From: ANME-2 cluster archaeon
Lineage (GTDB): Archaea; Halobacteriota; Methanosarcinia; Methanosarcinales; Methanocomedenaceae
Direction: 5' to 3'
NCBI GenBank assembly: GCA_023544495.1
Contig: JAMJFV010000002.1
Span: forward strand, 1-34,660
Length of the DNA stretch: 34,660 nt
A program made the translations under genes and the position numbers. The notes below the pieces were generated by a model that worked only from the letters and a program-made list of their open reading frames with translations, was not told the DNA's origin and searched no databases. Shown here piece by piece: positions 1 to 9,035 of this stretch (position 1 is the first letter of the stretch; each line of letters starts with the position of its first letter).

Positions 1-256
1 TATATTGTTGAAACGGGATTAGAATATCTGAAAAAGCCGCCATGGTCATGCCCATCAGCGTAAAGGTGAGCATCAATCCAGCAATAATTGCAAGTGGCCT
101 GAACTTACCCCTGCCAGTGGAATATGCCAGTATTGCTGGTAACAGAGGCAGTATGCAGGGAGAAAGGATACTGATTATACCAGCCAGCAATGCCAGGAAC
201 GGGAGTGGCAGGTCCACGGTTGATAATGCGTTTTCTATTTGAAGAAGAATGGTCAT
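1..256 (-). CDS. ccdA: Cytochrome c biogenesis protein CcdA / DsbD transmembrane domain (runs off the window start)
   Basis: Not in the ORF track. Manual translation from ATG at 256 gives MTILLQIENALSTVDLPLPFLALLAGIISILSPCILPLLPAILAYSTGRGKFRPLAIIAGLMLTFTLMG..., containing the CcdA SPCILP motif. ATGA overlap with the upstream gene's stop. Confidence 0.9.
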   Translation of the reverse strand, partial: MTILLQIENALSTVDLPLPFLALLAGIISILSPCILPLLPAILAYSTGRGKFRPLAIIAGLMLTFTLMGMTMAAFSDILIPFQQY

Positions 257-693
257 TCTTTCGCGTCCTGCCGGATCATTTCCTCAAAAACGTTCTCATA
301 GGTGATCCTGGTGAATGTTTTCAGGATATAGCCTTCATCATCGATGACAACGGTCGTAGGCGTGGTTTTTACCCGGTAGCCTTCCTTAGCATCAAAACTT
401 TCCGGATTATCTGTTGCATAGGGGAGCACAATCACTGAACCGGCGTGGTTCTGCGTGAGGTTGTACAGTATTGTCAACTGCTCCTGGCTCGTACCCGATG
501 AAGGTTCATAGAAGAAAAGGATAACTAAAGCATTCCTCGTATCAATTGCACTCCGGATCTCAGGAGTACTTAATGGAGCCTTTTCTCGGGTTTCCATGCA
601 CCCTGCAGTCGCAGATATGATAAGGACTGTGAGCATCAGTAGTATCATTCGTTTCATTCGTTTCATTGTGATTGCACTGTCATGGTTAACCAT
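253..693 (-). CDS. Thioredoxin-fold lipoprotein lacking CxxC
   Basis: Lipobox-like signal (LIISATAGC) and Trx-fold pattern (LFFYEP...; YRVKTTPTTVVID with cis-Pro). No CxxC. True start may be a downstream Met. Confidence 0.65.
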   Translation of the reverse strand: MVNHDSAITMKRMKRMILLMLTVLIISATAGCMETREKAPLSTPEIRSAIDTRNALVILFFYEPSSGTSQEQLTILYNLTQNHAGSVIVLPYATDNPESFDAKEGYRVKTTPTTVVIDDEGYILKTFTRITYENVFEEMIRQDAKE

Positions 694-706
694 AAGATTA
701 TTGAAA

Positions 707-1183
707 TTATGATCCGGTATTTCTTAGCTTGAGCGCATCCTGGATGGTGACTTCAAGTACGTTTTTGGATGTCAGGCCAACCATCATGGCTTCCTGGCGG
801 TCATTCGTCAGAGCACCCAATCGTGTAAGGTACGTGAATTCACCACTATCAGAGCTGACTATCATGGTCAGGTCTGGAATGTAATATACCTTGAAATATT
901 CAGATAATTGTGGCTGTCTGTCAATATCGATATATACGAAAGTTACCCTCCCCCTATACTTTGCTGCAAGTTCTTCAACAATAGGTTTTTGCTCAACACA
1001 ACTGGGGCACCTGCCAGCCCCCATCTCAATGAACACCGGGCCCTTCTCAAGCAATGTTTCAATTTCGCTGGTTGAATTCACCATTAACAATTCGGCTCCC
1101 GGCCCGGTTTCCTGGTCAATGCAGCCACTGTTGAGGAGTACTGCTGTCAGTAATAGTGATGTTATGATGATCAGGTTTTTCAT
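707..1183 (-). CDS. Thioredoxin-family lipoprotein (CPSC active site)
   Basis: Signal peptide ending LNSGC; PVFIEMGAGRCPSCVEQKP; FVYIDID; YYIPD cis-Pro; in an operon with ccdA. Confidence 0.85.
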   Translation of the reverse strand: MKNLIIITSLLLTAVLLNSGCIDQETGPGAELLMVNSTSEIETLLEKGPVFIEMGAGRCPSCVEQKPIVEELAAKYRGRVTFVYIDIDRQPQLSEYFKVYYIPDLTMIVSSDSGEFTYLTRLGALTNDRQEAMMVGLTSKNVLEVTIQDALKLRNTGS

Positions 1184-1342
1184 GGTATCACGTAATATAG
1201 TTGTATTTATATTAACATTTTATCTATATAATATTTAGTATGGTTATGTAAACACTGTGCACACCTGTACCAGAAATATTAATATAACCTCTTCCCAATG
1301 GAACATATATATTCATTATATTCCCTTGGAGGTGAAATATCA

Positions 1343-1495
1343 ATGTGCAGTGTAGGCGATGCATTCAATGTGGATGTAGCAGATTCTTTGAATACAAAGA
1401 GCTGTAAATGCAAGGATTGTGGAAACGAGTTCCAGGGTATGGGCAAGAAAATCATCTGTCCCGCATGCCAGTCCGGGAACGTGGAAGTGGTATAA
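1343..1495 (+). CDS. Small zinc-ribbon protein (50 aa)
   Basis: GGAGGTG RBS before ATG 1343; CKDC...CPAC zinc-ribbon motifs. Confidence 0.75.
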   Translation: MCSVGDAFNVDVADSLNTKSCKCKDCGNEFQGMGKKIICPACQSGNVEVV

Positions 1496-1518
1496 AGTTT
1501 AATTATCAGTTTTTTCCT

Positions 1519-1980
1519 ATGATACCTTTACATGATAACGAGATGTTGATGCTCCACGGCAATAGTGGAGTTATCGGTATTGTCAAGGCCGGAACAAATA
1601 ACTTGTTTTTTCTTGAAACCGAAGAAGAGGAGATCGTGCTTGGTTTAGAACCTGACGACCTGCTGGTATCATCAGGATTTGATACTGAAAAGACCACGCT
1701 TGATGGCATTAAATGCGTACTTTACATGATACGGGAAGTGGGTACACCGTTGATCGTATTACCAAAACACCATCCTGCATCAAAACGACTTAAGATTGTG
1801 GTATCTGTAGGCCCTCGTACCCGCATAAAGTGCGATATCACTCCCGGCACCCATCCTGAACAGGACGTACTTTGCGGTGTGGACGAGTTCAGCGATGTGG
1901 AGATACTGGGTGTCCCGGGCGGGGTTGAGTTCAGGAACCTGAACTCTGGCAGTATCAAACGTATCCCTTTCACGGTCTGA
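1519..1980 (+). CDS. Hypothetical protein
   Basis: Globular-looking ORF starting MIPLHDNEML, between the zinc-ribbon gene and carS. Start trimmed to avoid overlap with the upstream gene. Confidence 0.7.
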   Translation: MIPLHDNEMLMLHGNSGVIGIVKAGTNNLFFLETEEEEIVLGLEPDDLLVSSGFDTEKTTLDGIKCVLYMIREVGTPLIVLPKHHPASKRLKIVVSVGPRTRIKCDITPGTHPEQDVLCGVDEFSDVEILGVPGGVEFRNLNSGSIKRIPFTV

Positions 1981-2020
1981 TTTCAATACTTTTAACATCG
2001 GATACGACTATTAAGGCAGC

Positions 2021-2602
2021 ATGACCTTCATTGACGTCATAGCTGCATCTGTCTGGCTCATGCTGCCGGCATATGTTGCAAACCCTATGGCTGCCGTGTT
2101 CGGGGGTGGCATGCCCATGGACCTGGGCAGGAATTTCAGGGATGGCCGGCGCATACTCGGGGACGGTAAAACGTTCCGGGGACTGATAGCCGGGACAGTA
2201 TGCGGCCTTGTAACAGGCATTGTCCAGATAGGTGTAGCGCCTCTTATTGCAGGTAGTGGTGTACTTGCTGGTTGGCCATTCTTCCGGTCTGCCCTTGATG
2301 CGTATTCCTCAGGCACGGTGCTGGTGGTTGGCCTGATGGCGCTGGGCGCGCTTCTGGGCGATAGTGCCGAGAGTTTCATCAAGCGTCGGCTGGACCTCAA
2401 ACGGGGTGCCATGTTCCCGGTTGCCGACCAGCTGGATTTTGTGCTGGGCGCCTGGGTACTCACCTTCATATTTGCATCGGTCTGGTTCAAAACCTATTTC
2501 ACATTCTGGATACTGGTAACAGTACTCGTCGTAACCCCCCTGCTGCACCTGATGACGAACGTGTTTGGATTTCTGATAAAGGTCAAGAAAGAACCCTGGT
2601 AG
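2021..2602 (+). CDS. carS: CDP-archaeol synthase (CDP-2,3-bis-O-geranylgeranyl-sn-glycerol synthase)
   Basis: WLMLPAYVANPMA, PMDLGRNFRDGRRILGDGKTFRG, GDSAESFIKRR, DQLDF, C-terminal KKEPW. Confidence 0.95.
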   Translation: MTFIDVIAASVWLMLPAYVANPMAAVFGGGMPMDLGRNFRDGRRILGDGKTFRGLIAGTVCGLVTGIVQIGVAPLIAGSGVLAGWPFFRSALDAYSSGTVLVVGLMALGALLGDSAESFIKRRLDLKRGAMFPVADQLDFVLGAWVLTFIFASVWFKTYFTFWILVTVLVVTPLLHLMTNVFGFLIKVKKEPW

Positions 2603-2610
2603 TGAAAAGT

Positions 2611-3138
2611 ATGGATAATGAACTGATTCAGGCATTAAAGGACTGTGGAGCTGTAAAATTCGGCGATTTCACCCTTGCTTCAGGCAGGAAAAGTAATTAC
2701 TATATCGATATCAAGAAAGCCACTTCAGATCCGGGCACCCTCACATTGATAGCAGGCAGGATGGTGGCAATCATCAAAGAGCAACATATGTGCGTCGAGG
2801 CCATAGGTGGGGTTGCTGTTGGCGGGATACCACTGGCTACAGCCGTATCGCTGGCATCCGGCCTGCCCCTGGTGATCGTCCGCAAGTCCCTGAAAGATTA
2901 CGGCACAGGAGGACGGTTCATTGGTGATATAGAAGGACGAAGCCTGCTCATGGTAGAGGATGTCACAACTACAGGCGGCTCTGTGATAGAGGCTATCAGA
3001 TCATTGAGGGACGAAGGGGCGATCGTGGATTCCGTGATCACTGTTGTGGACAGGGATGAGGGGGCGCAGAGCGGTCTTAACGCGATGGATGTAAAATTGG
3101 TGCCGCTGGTTTGCGCATCCGACCTGCTGGGGCAGTGA
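2611..3138 (+). CDS. pyrE: Orotate phosphoribosyltransferase
   Basis: FGDFTLASGRKSNYYIDIK, IVRKSLKDYG, PRPP motif VEDVTTTGGS. Alternative GTG start at 2602. Confidence 0.95.
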   Translation: MDNELIQALKDCGAVKFGDFTLASGRKSNYYIDIKKATSDPGTLTLIAGRMVAIIKEQHMCVEAIGGVAVGGIPLATAVSLASGLPLVIVRKSLKDYGTGGRFIGDIEGRSLLMVEDVTTTGGSVIEAIRSLRDEGAIVDSVITVVDRDEGAQSGLNAMDVKLVPLVCASDLLGQ

Positions 3139-3141
3139 ACA

Positions 3142-4611
3142 ATGGGAACGCGAGACATTTTTGAGATAACACACAGGGACTCGGCAGGCAGGATCGGCCG
3201 CCTTACCACACCTCACGGTATTGTGGAGACACCTGCCATCATGCCGGTCATCAACCCCAATATCCAGACCATACCGGCAAAGGAGATGAAGGATCTTGGA
3301 GCCCGGATACTTATTACCAACTCGTATATCATCTATCGCAAACCCGAATTAAAGCAGCGCGCCATCGAAGAAGGTGTACATGCCCTGCTTGGGTTTGACG
3401 GTCCGGTTATGACCGACAGCGGTTCGTTCCAGTTGAGCGTCTACGGCCAGGTAGAGGTGGACAATGCCGGGATAATCGGTTTCCAGCATGCCATCGGTAC
3501 CGATATCGGGGTCCCACTGGACATACCCACATCACCGGCTGCTGACCATGAACAGGCCGCGCAGGAACTTGTGGTCACAAACCAGAGGCTTATGGAGGCC
3601 CTGGAACTGAATAAGGGTTCAGGGATGCTGCTGGCAGCACCAGTCCAGGGCGGCACCCATACAGATCTCAGAGAACAGGCAGGCAGGGAACTGGGGCGTG
3701 CAGGATTCGATATTTATCCAATCGGTGCAGTGGTGCCGCTGATGGAATCATACCGCTATGCTGAACTGGTGGATGTCATTGTAAGTGCGAAGAAGGGACT
3801 GCCCTCATCAGTTCCTGTTCACCTGTTCGGCGCCGGGCACCCCATGGTGTTCGCACTGGCAACGGCTCTGGGTTGCGACCTGTTCGATTCCGCAGCCTAT
3901 GCCCTGTATGCCAGGGATGCCCGTTACCTGACAGCCGAGGGTACCTTCCATATCCAGGACCTGAAATACCTGCCCTGCTCATGCCCTATCTGCAGCAGCC
4001 ATACTGCCGCGGAGATCATGTCACATCCTGACAGGACAGAACTGCTTGCCAGGCACAACCTGTTTGCCACCTTTGCTGAGATGAGGCTGGTGAAACAAGC
4101 TATCTGCGACGGCAATCTATGGGAACTGGTGGAGAGGCGGGCGCGCATCCATCCCAGGATGCTTGACGGCCTGAAACGAGCTGTGACCCATGCCGGGTGG
4201 CTCGAGCAGTTCGATCCCAGTACCAAATCAACCTTCTTCTACTGCGGTCCCGAATCCACTTACCGCCCGGAGGTCCTGCGCTGGGGCAACCGGCTTGAGA
4301 GGATTGAGCTGACCGGTACCGTACTGATACGACCGGACGGGCGGCTCAAGAACGAATCCGCATACAATACTGTGCTGCACTTCAAACCGCCGTTCGGGGC
4401 GTATCCGCTGGAACTAAAAGAGACATATCCCCTGAATGCCGAGGTACCTGTTGTTGCAGACCATGAATCCCTTACCAATGCCCTTTTGAACACGAAAAAA
4501 CTGATGCAGCTTAATCCGGATGCAGAATTCTCATTCGTGTACCGCAGGTCCTGGGACCACCCCCTGGTAGAAGAAATATGCCGGATGGCAAGCCATAGCT
4601 GGTCTGTTTAA
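3142..4611 (+). CDS. tgtA: tRNA-guanine(15) transglycosylase (archaeosine), form without C-terminal PUA domain
   Basis: GRIGRLTTPHGIVETPAIMPVINP, MTDSGSFQL, HLFGAGHP, DLFDSAAY, zinc site CSCPIC...H. Confidence 0.95.
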   Translation: MGTRDIFEITHRDSAGRIGRLTTPHGIVETPAIMPVINPNIQTIPAKEMKDLGARILITNSYIIYRKPELKQRAIEEGVHALLGFDGPVMTDSGSFQLSVYGQVEVDNAGIIGFQHAIGTDIGVPLDIPTSPAADHEQAAQELVVTNQRLMEALELNKGSGMLLAAPVQGGTHTDLREQAGRELGRAGFDIYPIGAVVPLMESYRYAELVDVIVSAKKGLPSSVPVHLFGAGHPMVFALATALGCDLFDSAAYALYARDARYLTAEGTFHIQDLKYLPCSCPICSSHTAAEIMSHPDRTELLARHNLFATFAEMRLVKQAICDGNLWELVERRARIHPRMLDGLKRAVTHAGWLEQFDPSTKSTFFYCGPESTYRPEVLRWGNRLERIELTGTVLIRPDGRLKNESAYNTVLHFKPPFGAYPLELKETYPLNAEVPVVADHESLTNALLNTKKLMQLNPDAEFSFVYRRSWDHPLVEEICRMASHSWSV

Positions 4612-4699
4612 GTCCGAACAGCCCTGTTGCAGCTTTTATTTTGTATTTGTAGGCGTCTGGGAGCTTCCATCTCCAGACATCGGTCTTCTTTATTTAGCC

Positions 4700-5431
4700 T
4701 CAACCTTCTCTTTTCAATCTCAGTTTTATCACTGCCGAGAACATCTGGGGGATGACCTTTTTCAAGTCCAGTTTTGAGCCTTCCCTGTGCCGCCACTCCA
4801 CAGGCACCTCTTTGATAGTATACCCGTGCTGTCCCAACCGCCAGAGCAGTTCAACGTCAAATGCATAATCAAATGTCCGTATCTCGCCGACCACGTTGCG
4901 GGCAGCTTCTGCCCGAAGTACCTTGCAGCCGCACTGGGTGTCCCTGAACGGCAGGCTGAACAGCAGTTTCACAAGAGCATTGAAACCCCGGCTGGCAAGT
5001 ATCCTGTGCCAGGGCTGTGCCGTATGTATCACCGAACCGGGCAAATACCGGGATGATATGACACAGTCAATGCCATCTGCTACCATATCTATCATCCTGC
5101 CCACGTCATGGGGTGATACTGCCCCGTCCGCATCCACCACTGCTATAACATTTCCCCGTGCACTCTGAATGCCAAGAAGGATCCCGCCCCCTTTGCCCAG
5201 TTTGACAGGATGGGACACGGACCTGATAGCGGAGTGGCTTTGGGCAAATTCCTCTACAATAACAGCGGTGCTATCTGTGCAACCGTCCATGACCACCAGG
5301 ATCTCGTGGGGGATATGAGAAAAATGACCGTATAATTCATCCAGGGTTTTACGGATACGTTTTTCTTCATTATAGGCAGGTATTACAAGAGAAACCATAT
5401 CCTGTTCATGTGTCACTGGTATCACTGCCAT
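4700..5431 (-). CDS. Glycosyltransferase family 2, dolichyl-phosphate glucosyl/mannosyltransferase-like
   Basis: VIPAYNEE, DGCTD, GKGG, DADG, DTQCGCK, FDVELL. Confidence 0.9.
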   Translation of the reverse strand: MAVIPVTHEQDMVSLVIPAYNEEKRIRKTLDELYGHFSHIPHEILVVMDGCTDSTAVIVEEFAQSHSAIRSVSHPVKLGKGGGILLGIQSARGNVIAVVDADGAVSPHDVGRMIDMVADGIDCVISSRYLPGSVIHTAQPWHRILASRGFNALVKLLFSLPFRDTQCGCKVLRAEAARNVVGEIRTFDYAFDVELLWRLGQHGYTIKEVPVEWRHREGSKLDLKKVIPQMFSAVIKLRLKREG

Positions 5432-5454
5432 CGAAAAGCACCAAAAGTGGATAG

Positions 5455-5527
5455 TAGCCCGGCACGGATTCGAACCGAGGTCCGGGGATCCAGGGCCCCC
5501 AATGATTGACCGCTACACTACCGGGCT
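5455..5527 (-). tRNA. tRNA-Gln (anticodon CTG), CCA not encoded
   Basis: Reverse complement folds as AGCCCGG-TA-GTGTAGCGGTCAATCAT-T-GGGGG-CCCTGGA-TCCCC-GGAC-CTCGG-TTCGAAT-CCGTG-CCGGGCT-A. The A1-U72 pair is typical of archaeal tRNA-Gln. Confidence 0.9.
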
Positions 5528-5658
5528 GCGACTATCTCAATATCCCTTGTTACCTATAAGTCTAACGGATACATCGATAAAAATCAGATAAATGTTATAT
5601 ACCAAATATACCATCTATTTAACGGGAATTTTTTACAAATTAATATGGGAGGATTTTC

Positions 5659-6822
5659 ATGAATATTAGATATGTAATTGAAACCGGAGGAATATTGTTC
5701 CTGTTCATTTTTTTGAGCTACCCGGTCCTTTCAGCAATGGGGGGTCCACAGGATGGTGGTATGGGTTCACGCGATAAGGACGGCTGGAGTGCTTCTGAAA
5801 TGATGATGCAGGGCAGTGAAATGCGTCATGGCGCTGGCATGCAGGGAATGGGATTTATGCACAGTGGTGCAGGAATATACGGGGAGTACATCACTTTTGA
5901 AGTGGACAATGAGACCGGAGCCATTACCGGTTATGGGATTGCCGGTGTAGACATATTCGATTCCATTGAAGTCAGTGGATTTGATTATAATGCTACCGAG
6001 GTAAATGGTGCGGTCACACAGGTGATGGATGTCGATGGCACAACAACCGTCAATGTGCATGACAACCCGGCAGCAGTGATAACCATACAGGGTAAAGATG
6101 ATTATACTGTTACCTTTGACCTTGCCCAGGATGTTACTGCATCCGAAGAAGACAATTTCGTTGTCATCAAAACCGCTGATATTGAGATGTATATCGTATG
6201 CAGTGGAACATGTGATGTTACTGTGACCGAAGGTACAGTATCAATTGATGCGCCAGGGAACAGTGCTGTGGTGGTGCGTGCCATCCCGGTCAATATGCAA
6301 TCCTCTGGTGATATGCACAGGACATTTACCAGGGAGATGGCACGGAACCGGACCGGTGCAGAGGTCTACCTGGGTGAGGATGGTTCTATCAGTGTGGTAG
6401 ACTACTCACAACGGATGCGTGTGCAAATGCAATCAATGACAAAAGAGAGAATAAAACTTCACGTAACCAGCAACGACTCCGAAGGCAAGATGATGGCTTT
6501 CAATCTGGACAATACTTCCCTGATGCTGCAGGACAGGGACAGGCTCAGGATAGATTATGATGGTGAACCCGTGCAGAGTGTTGACGACCCGGAAATGGTG
6601 TTCAATGCCACACAGACCAGGTGTTACATATCCCGGGAATCAGGAGAGCGGGCTCAGATCATGATGAATATCCCTGAATTCTCTGAGCATACTATCGACA
6701 TCGTAGTAGAGTCTGAAGGAGCAGCCGCAACACCTTCGACCGGGGTGCCAGGATTTGGAGCCGGTATGGGCATATTGGTATTAATGCTCAGCTGGATACA
6801 CTATCAAAAACGCAGACGGTAA
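5659..6822 (+). CDS. Secreted cell-surface protein with PGF-CTERM (archaeosortase A) sorting signal
   Basis: N-terminal signal peptide; C-terminus TPSTGVPGFGAGMGILVLMLSWIHYQKRRR = PGF motif, TM helix, basic tail. Confidence 0.8.
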   Translation: MNIRYVIETGGILFLFIFLSYPVLSAMGGPQDGGMGSRDKDGWSASEMMMQGSEMRHGAGMQGMGFMHSGAGIYGEYITFEVDNETGAITGYGIAGVDIFDSIEVSGFDYNATEVNGAVTQVMDVDGTTTVNVHDNPAAVITIQGKDDYTVTFDLAQDVTASEEDNFVVIKTADIEMYIVCSGTCDVTVTEGTVSIDAPGNSAVVVRAIPVNMQSSGDMHRTFTREMARNRTGAEVYLGEDGSISVVDYSQRMRVQMQSMTKERIKLHVTSNDSEGKMMAFNLDNTSLMLQDRDRLRIDYDGEPVQSVDDPEMVFNATQTRCYISRESGERAQIMMNIPEFSEHTIDIVVESEGAAATPSTGVPGFGAGMGILVLMLSWIHYQKRRR

Positions 6823-6907
6823 ATCAGGCAGACCATCAAATATTCGGATAAGAAGGTTGGATAAAGTATCCAGGTTTTCTGGAGTGAACGGTTATTATGA
6901 AAGGTTA

Positions 6908-6933
6908 AGGAGTTGGGACAATTCCCAGCTCCT
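6908..6933. terminator. Stem-loop downstream of the surface protein gene (possible terminator or RNA stability element)
   Basis: AGGAGTTGGGA-CAAT-TCCCAGCTCCT, 11-bp stem with one G-U pair. Confidence 0.35.
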
Positions 6934-7144
6934 AAAAATTTCCCGGCTTTAAAAATATCCTAACGTTATCTAAATCCAGATATAAAGCAAATAGTCCAGT
7001 TGCCAATGCAACTACAAATCTGTATTAATCATTGAAATCTATGTCTTTATATTTTTCCGATACTGATCGACAAATATTAACACAGATTTCACCTAAAGTC
7101 GGTGTCAACAAAATAACTGATTTTTGGAACAGTGTCTTTCTTAA

Positions 7145-7163
7145 TAATAGTAAAATACTATTA
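7145..7163. promoter_or_regulatory. Perfect inverted repeat, candidate operator
   Basis: TAATAGTA-AAA-TACTATTA, upstream of the small ORF and threonine synthase. Confidence 0.35.
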
Positions 7164-7179
7164 GTCATTATCGTATTCT

Positions 7180-7323
7180 GTGACAAACGATAATGAAGTG
7201 ACTGATGAAGAATTGGAAGACCTTCTGGCACGGCAGGCAGAACAGCAACCAGCGAAGTGCAGGATGAAAACTGCCAAACAGTTCATTAAGAAAGATATTG
7301 TGCCACCGGACGAGGGACTATGA
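7180..7323 (+). CDS. Putative small protein (47 aa)
   Basis: GTG-start ORF (M)TNDNEVTDEELEDLLARQAEQQPAKCRMKTAKQFIKKDIVPPDEGL ending 28 nt before thrC. Protein-like composition; below the ORF track cutoff. Confidence 0.45.
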   Translation: MTNDNEVTDEELEDLLARQAEQQPAKCRMKTAKQFIKKDIVPPDEGL

Positions 7324-7351
7324 ATCATGCATTGAAGGATGGAGATACAAA

Positions 7352-8512
7352 ATGGTATATGTAACAGGTTTTCGGTGTTTCAAGTGTGGGACGCATCATT
7401 TGCCCCAAGAGATAGAGAACAAGCCGATACCCCGATGTTCGGTCTGTAACTCCGGGCTGGATGCAGAATATGATTACGGTTCGATCAGGAAGTCACTGCT
7501 GAGGGACCCGTTCATGCGCGAGAGTCCTACCCACTGGAAATACTGGGCGTTCTTACCTGTGCGCGATCTGTCCCACATCATTACCATGGGCGAGGGAGGT
7601 ACCCCTCTGCTTGAGAGCAACTCGCTGACCCGGGATATCGGTTGCGGACGGATGCTGGTGAAATATGAAGCCATGAATCCCACCGGCTCCTTCAAGGACC
7701 GGGGCTCTTCCCTTGAGATTACCAAGGCGATGGAGTACGGAAAGAAACGGGTTGTGCTTGCATCCACGGGAAACATGGGTGCTTCTGTGGCAGCGTATGC
7801 CGCATTTGCCGGACTTGATTGTATCGTGTTCGTACCCAATATTGTAGGTTCGGCCAAGATCAAGCAGATCAAAGCGTATGGGGCTGATATACGGTTTGTA
7901 AATGGTGATTATTCACATGCGATGAAAGAGGCGGAAAACTATGTAATATCACACCTTGACTCGTTCCTTACCGGCGATTATCCCTGGAGGGGGGAAGGTA
8001 CCAAGACGGTAGGTATGGAAATAGCTGACCAGCTGTACTGGACCGTACCTGATGTGGTTATTGCGCCGGTGGGCAACGGCACCCTGATCTGGGGCATCTT
8101 TGAAGCGTTCAGGGATATGTATGCTGTGGGAGTCATAGAGCGTAAACCTGCGATTTTCGGAGTACAGGTGGATGCCTGCAGACCTGTTGTGGATGCATGG
8201 GAGAAGGGAGCGTCCGAGATCATTGCTGTTGAGGACCCCCAGACTGTAGCGACTGCTATTGCATGCGGGGATCCGATCGACGGGTTGGGGGCATTGCGAG
8301 CTGTGAGGGAGACAGGAGGACAGGGGGTGAGCGTGTCTGATGGTGAGGTGATACAGGCGCGGGATTTTTTGGCAGAGAATGGTATTTTTGTTGAGCCGAG
8401 TGGTGCGGTGGCGTATGCGGGGGCGCGGAGGGTAAAAGATGGATTGGATGATAAGACTGTGGTGTGTATGGCAACAGGGCACGGGCTAAAGGATATGTAC
8501 GGAATTGAGTAA
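7352..8512 (+). CDS. thrC: Threonine synthase family (PLP, fold type II)
   Basis: N-terminal CxxC...CxxC, TMGEGGTPL, NPTGSFKDRG (PLP Lys), ASTGN, PVGNG, VEPS, TGHGLK. Start set at ATG 7352. Confidence 0.88.
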   Translation: MVYVTGFRCFKCGTHHLPQEIENKPIPRCSVCNSGLDAEYDYGSIRKSLLRDPFMRESPTHWKYWAFLPVRDLSHIITMGEGGTPLLESNSLTRDIGCGRMLVKYEAMNPTGSFKDRGSSLEITKAMEYGKKRVVLASTGNMGASVAAYAAFAGLDCIVFVPNIVGSAKIKQIKAYGADIRFVNGDYSHAMKEAENYVISHLDSFLTGDYPWRGEGTKTVGMEIADQLYWTVPDVVIAPVGNGTLIWGIFEAFRDMYAVGVIERKPAIFGVQVDACRPVVDAWEKGASEIIAVEDPQTVATAIACGDPIDGLGALRAVRETGGQGVSVSDGEVIQARDFLAENGIFVEPSGAVAYAGARRVKDGLDDKTVVCMATGHGLKDMYGIE

Positions 8513-8624
8513 GGATAGAGGGAAGGGTAATCATTATTTTTCCTGGTGATTATTTACTTTACTGGGAAGCACTGAACTCAACTCTGATAATCAATGTATG
8601 AACCGTATACAATACAGGTGACCT

Positions 8625-9035
8625 ATGGTTGTAGATGTCAGGACACTTACAGTAGCAAACCTCATCATCCAGTTACTGCTGGTAATGATCATATCAGGTG
8701 CAGTATATCTGGCAAAGAACCGGGAAACTGGCAGGCACTGCACCGTCATGAATATTGCCGCACCTGTCGAGATAGCAGCAGTAGCTGCTGTAATGTTCCC
8801 CTCTATGGTAGGTTATGTCTTACATGAAGAGCCGCGTCTGGTCTTTTACCTTGTGATGGGAATACACCATACATTCGGCATTAGTGCAATTATGCTGTGG
8901 ATATACATTAATCTGGTATTCAGGGGAATCATGACAATGCCATCCAATCTCAGGACTGTCATGAAGCTGGCGCTTGCTTCGTGGATGTCATCCCTTGTCC
9001 TGGGTCTGTTCCTTCTGATACAGGTGTTATCATGA
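8625..9035 (+). CDS. Four-TM membrane protein, DUF420-like
   Basis: Four hydrophobic helices with His residues (RH, IHH); pattern resembles DUF420. Confidence 0.55.
   Translation: MVVDVRTLTVANLIIQLLLVMIISGAVYLAKNRETGRHCTVMNIAAPVEIAAVAAVMFPSMVGYVLHEEPRLVFYLVMGIHHTFGISAIMLWIYINLVFRGIMTMPSNLRTVMKLALASWMSSLVLGLFLLIQVLS

Noticed and set aside
42..438. Plus-strand ORFs 42-242 and 190-438
   Set aside because: Antisense to ccdA and the Trx-fold gene.
1408..1518. N-terminal extension of the 190-aa ORF
   Set aside because: It overlaps the zinc-ribbon gene in another frame; ATG 1519 is the more plausible start.
3142..4611. tgtA as a truncated pseudogene
   Set aside because: Catalytic and zinc motifs are intact, and split TgtA lacking the PUA-containing part is known in Methanosarcinales.
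7025..7231. 68-aa minus-strand ORF
   Set aside because: AT-rich, no recognisable motif, and it overlaps a more plausible plus-strand small ORF.
7352..8512. Cysteate synthase (coenzyme M pathway)
   Set aside because: The PLP-site motif is the canonical threonine synthase SFKDRG and no CoM pathway genes are adjacent. A paralogous function is not fully excluded.
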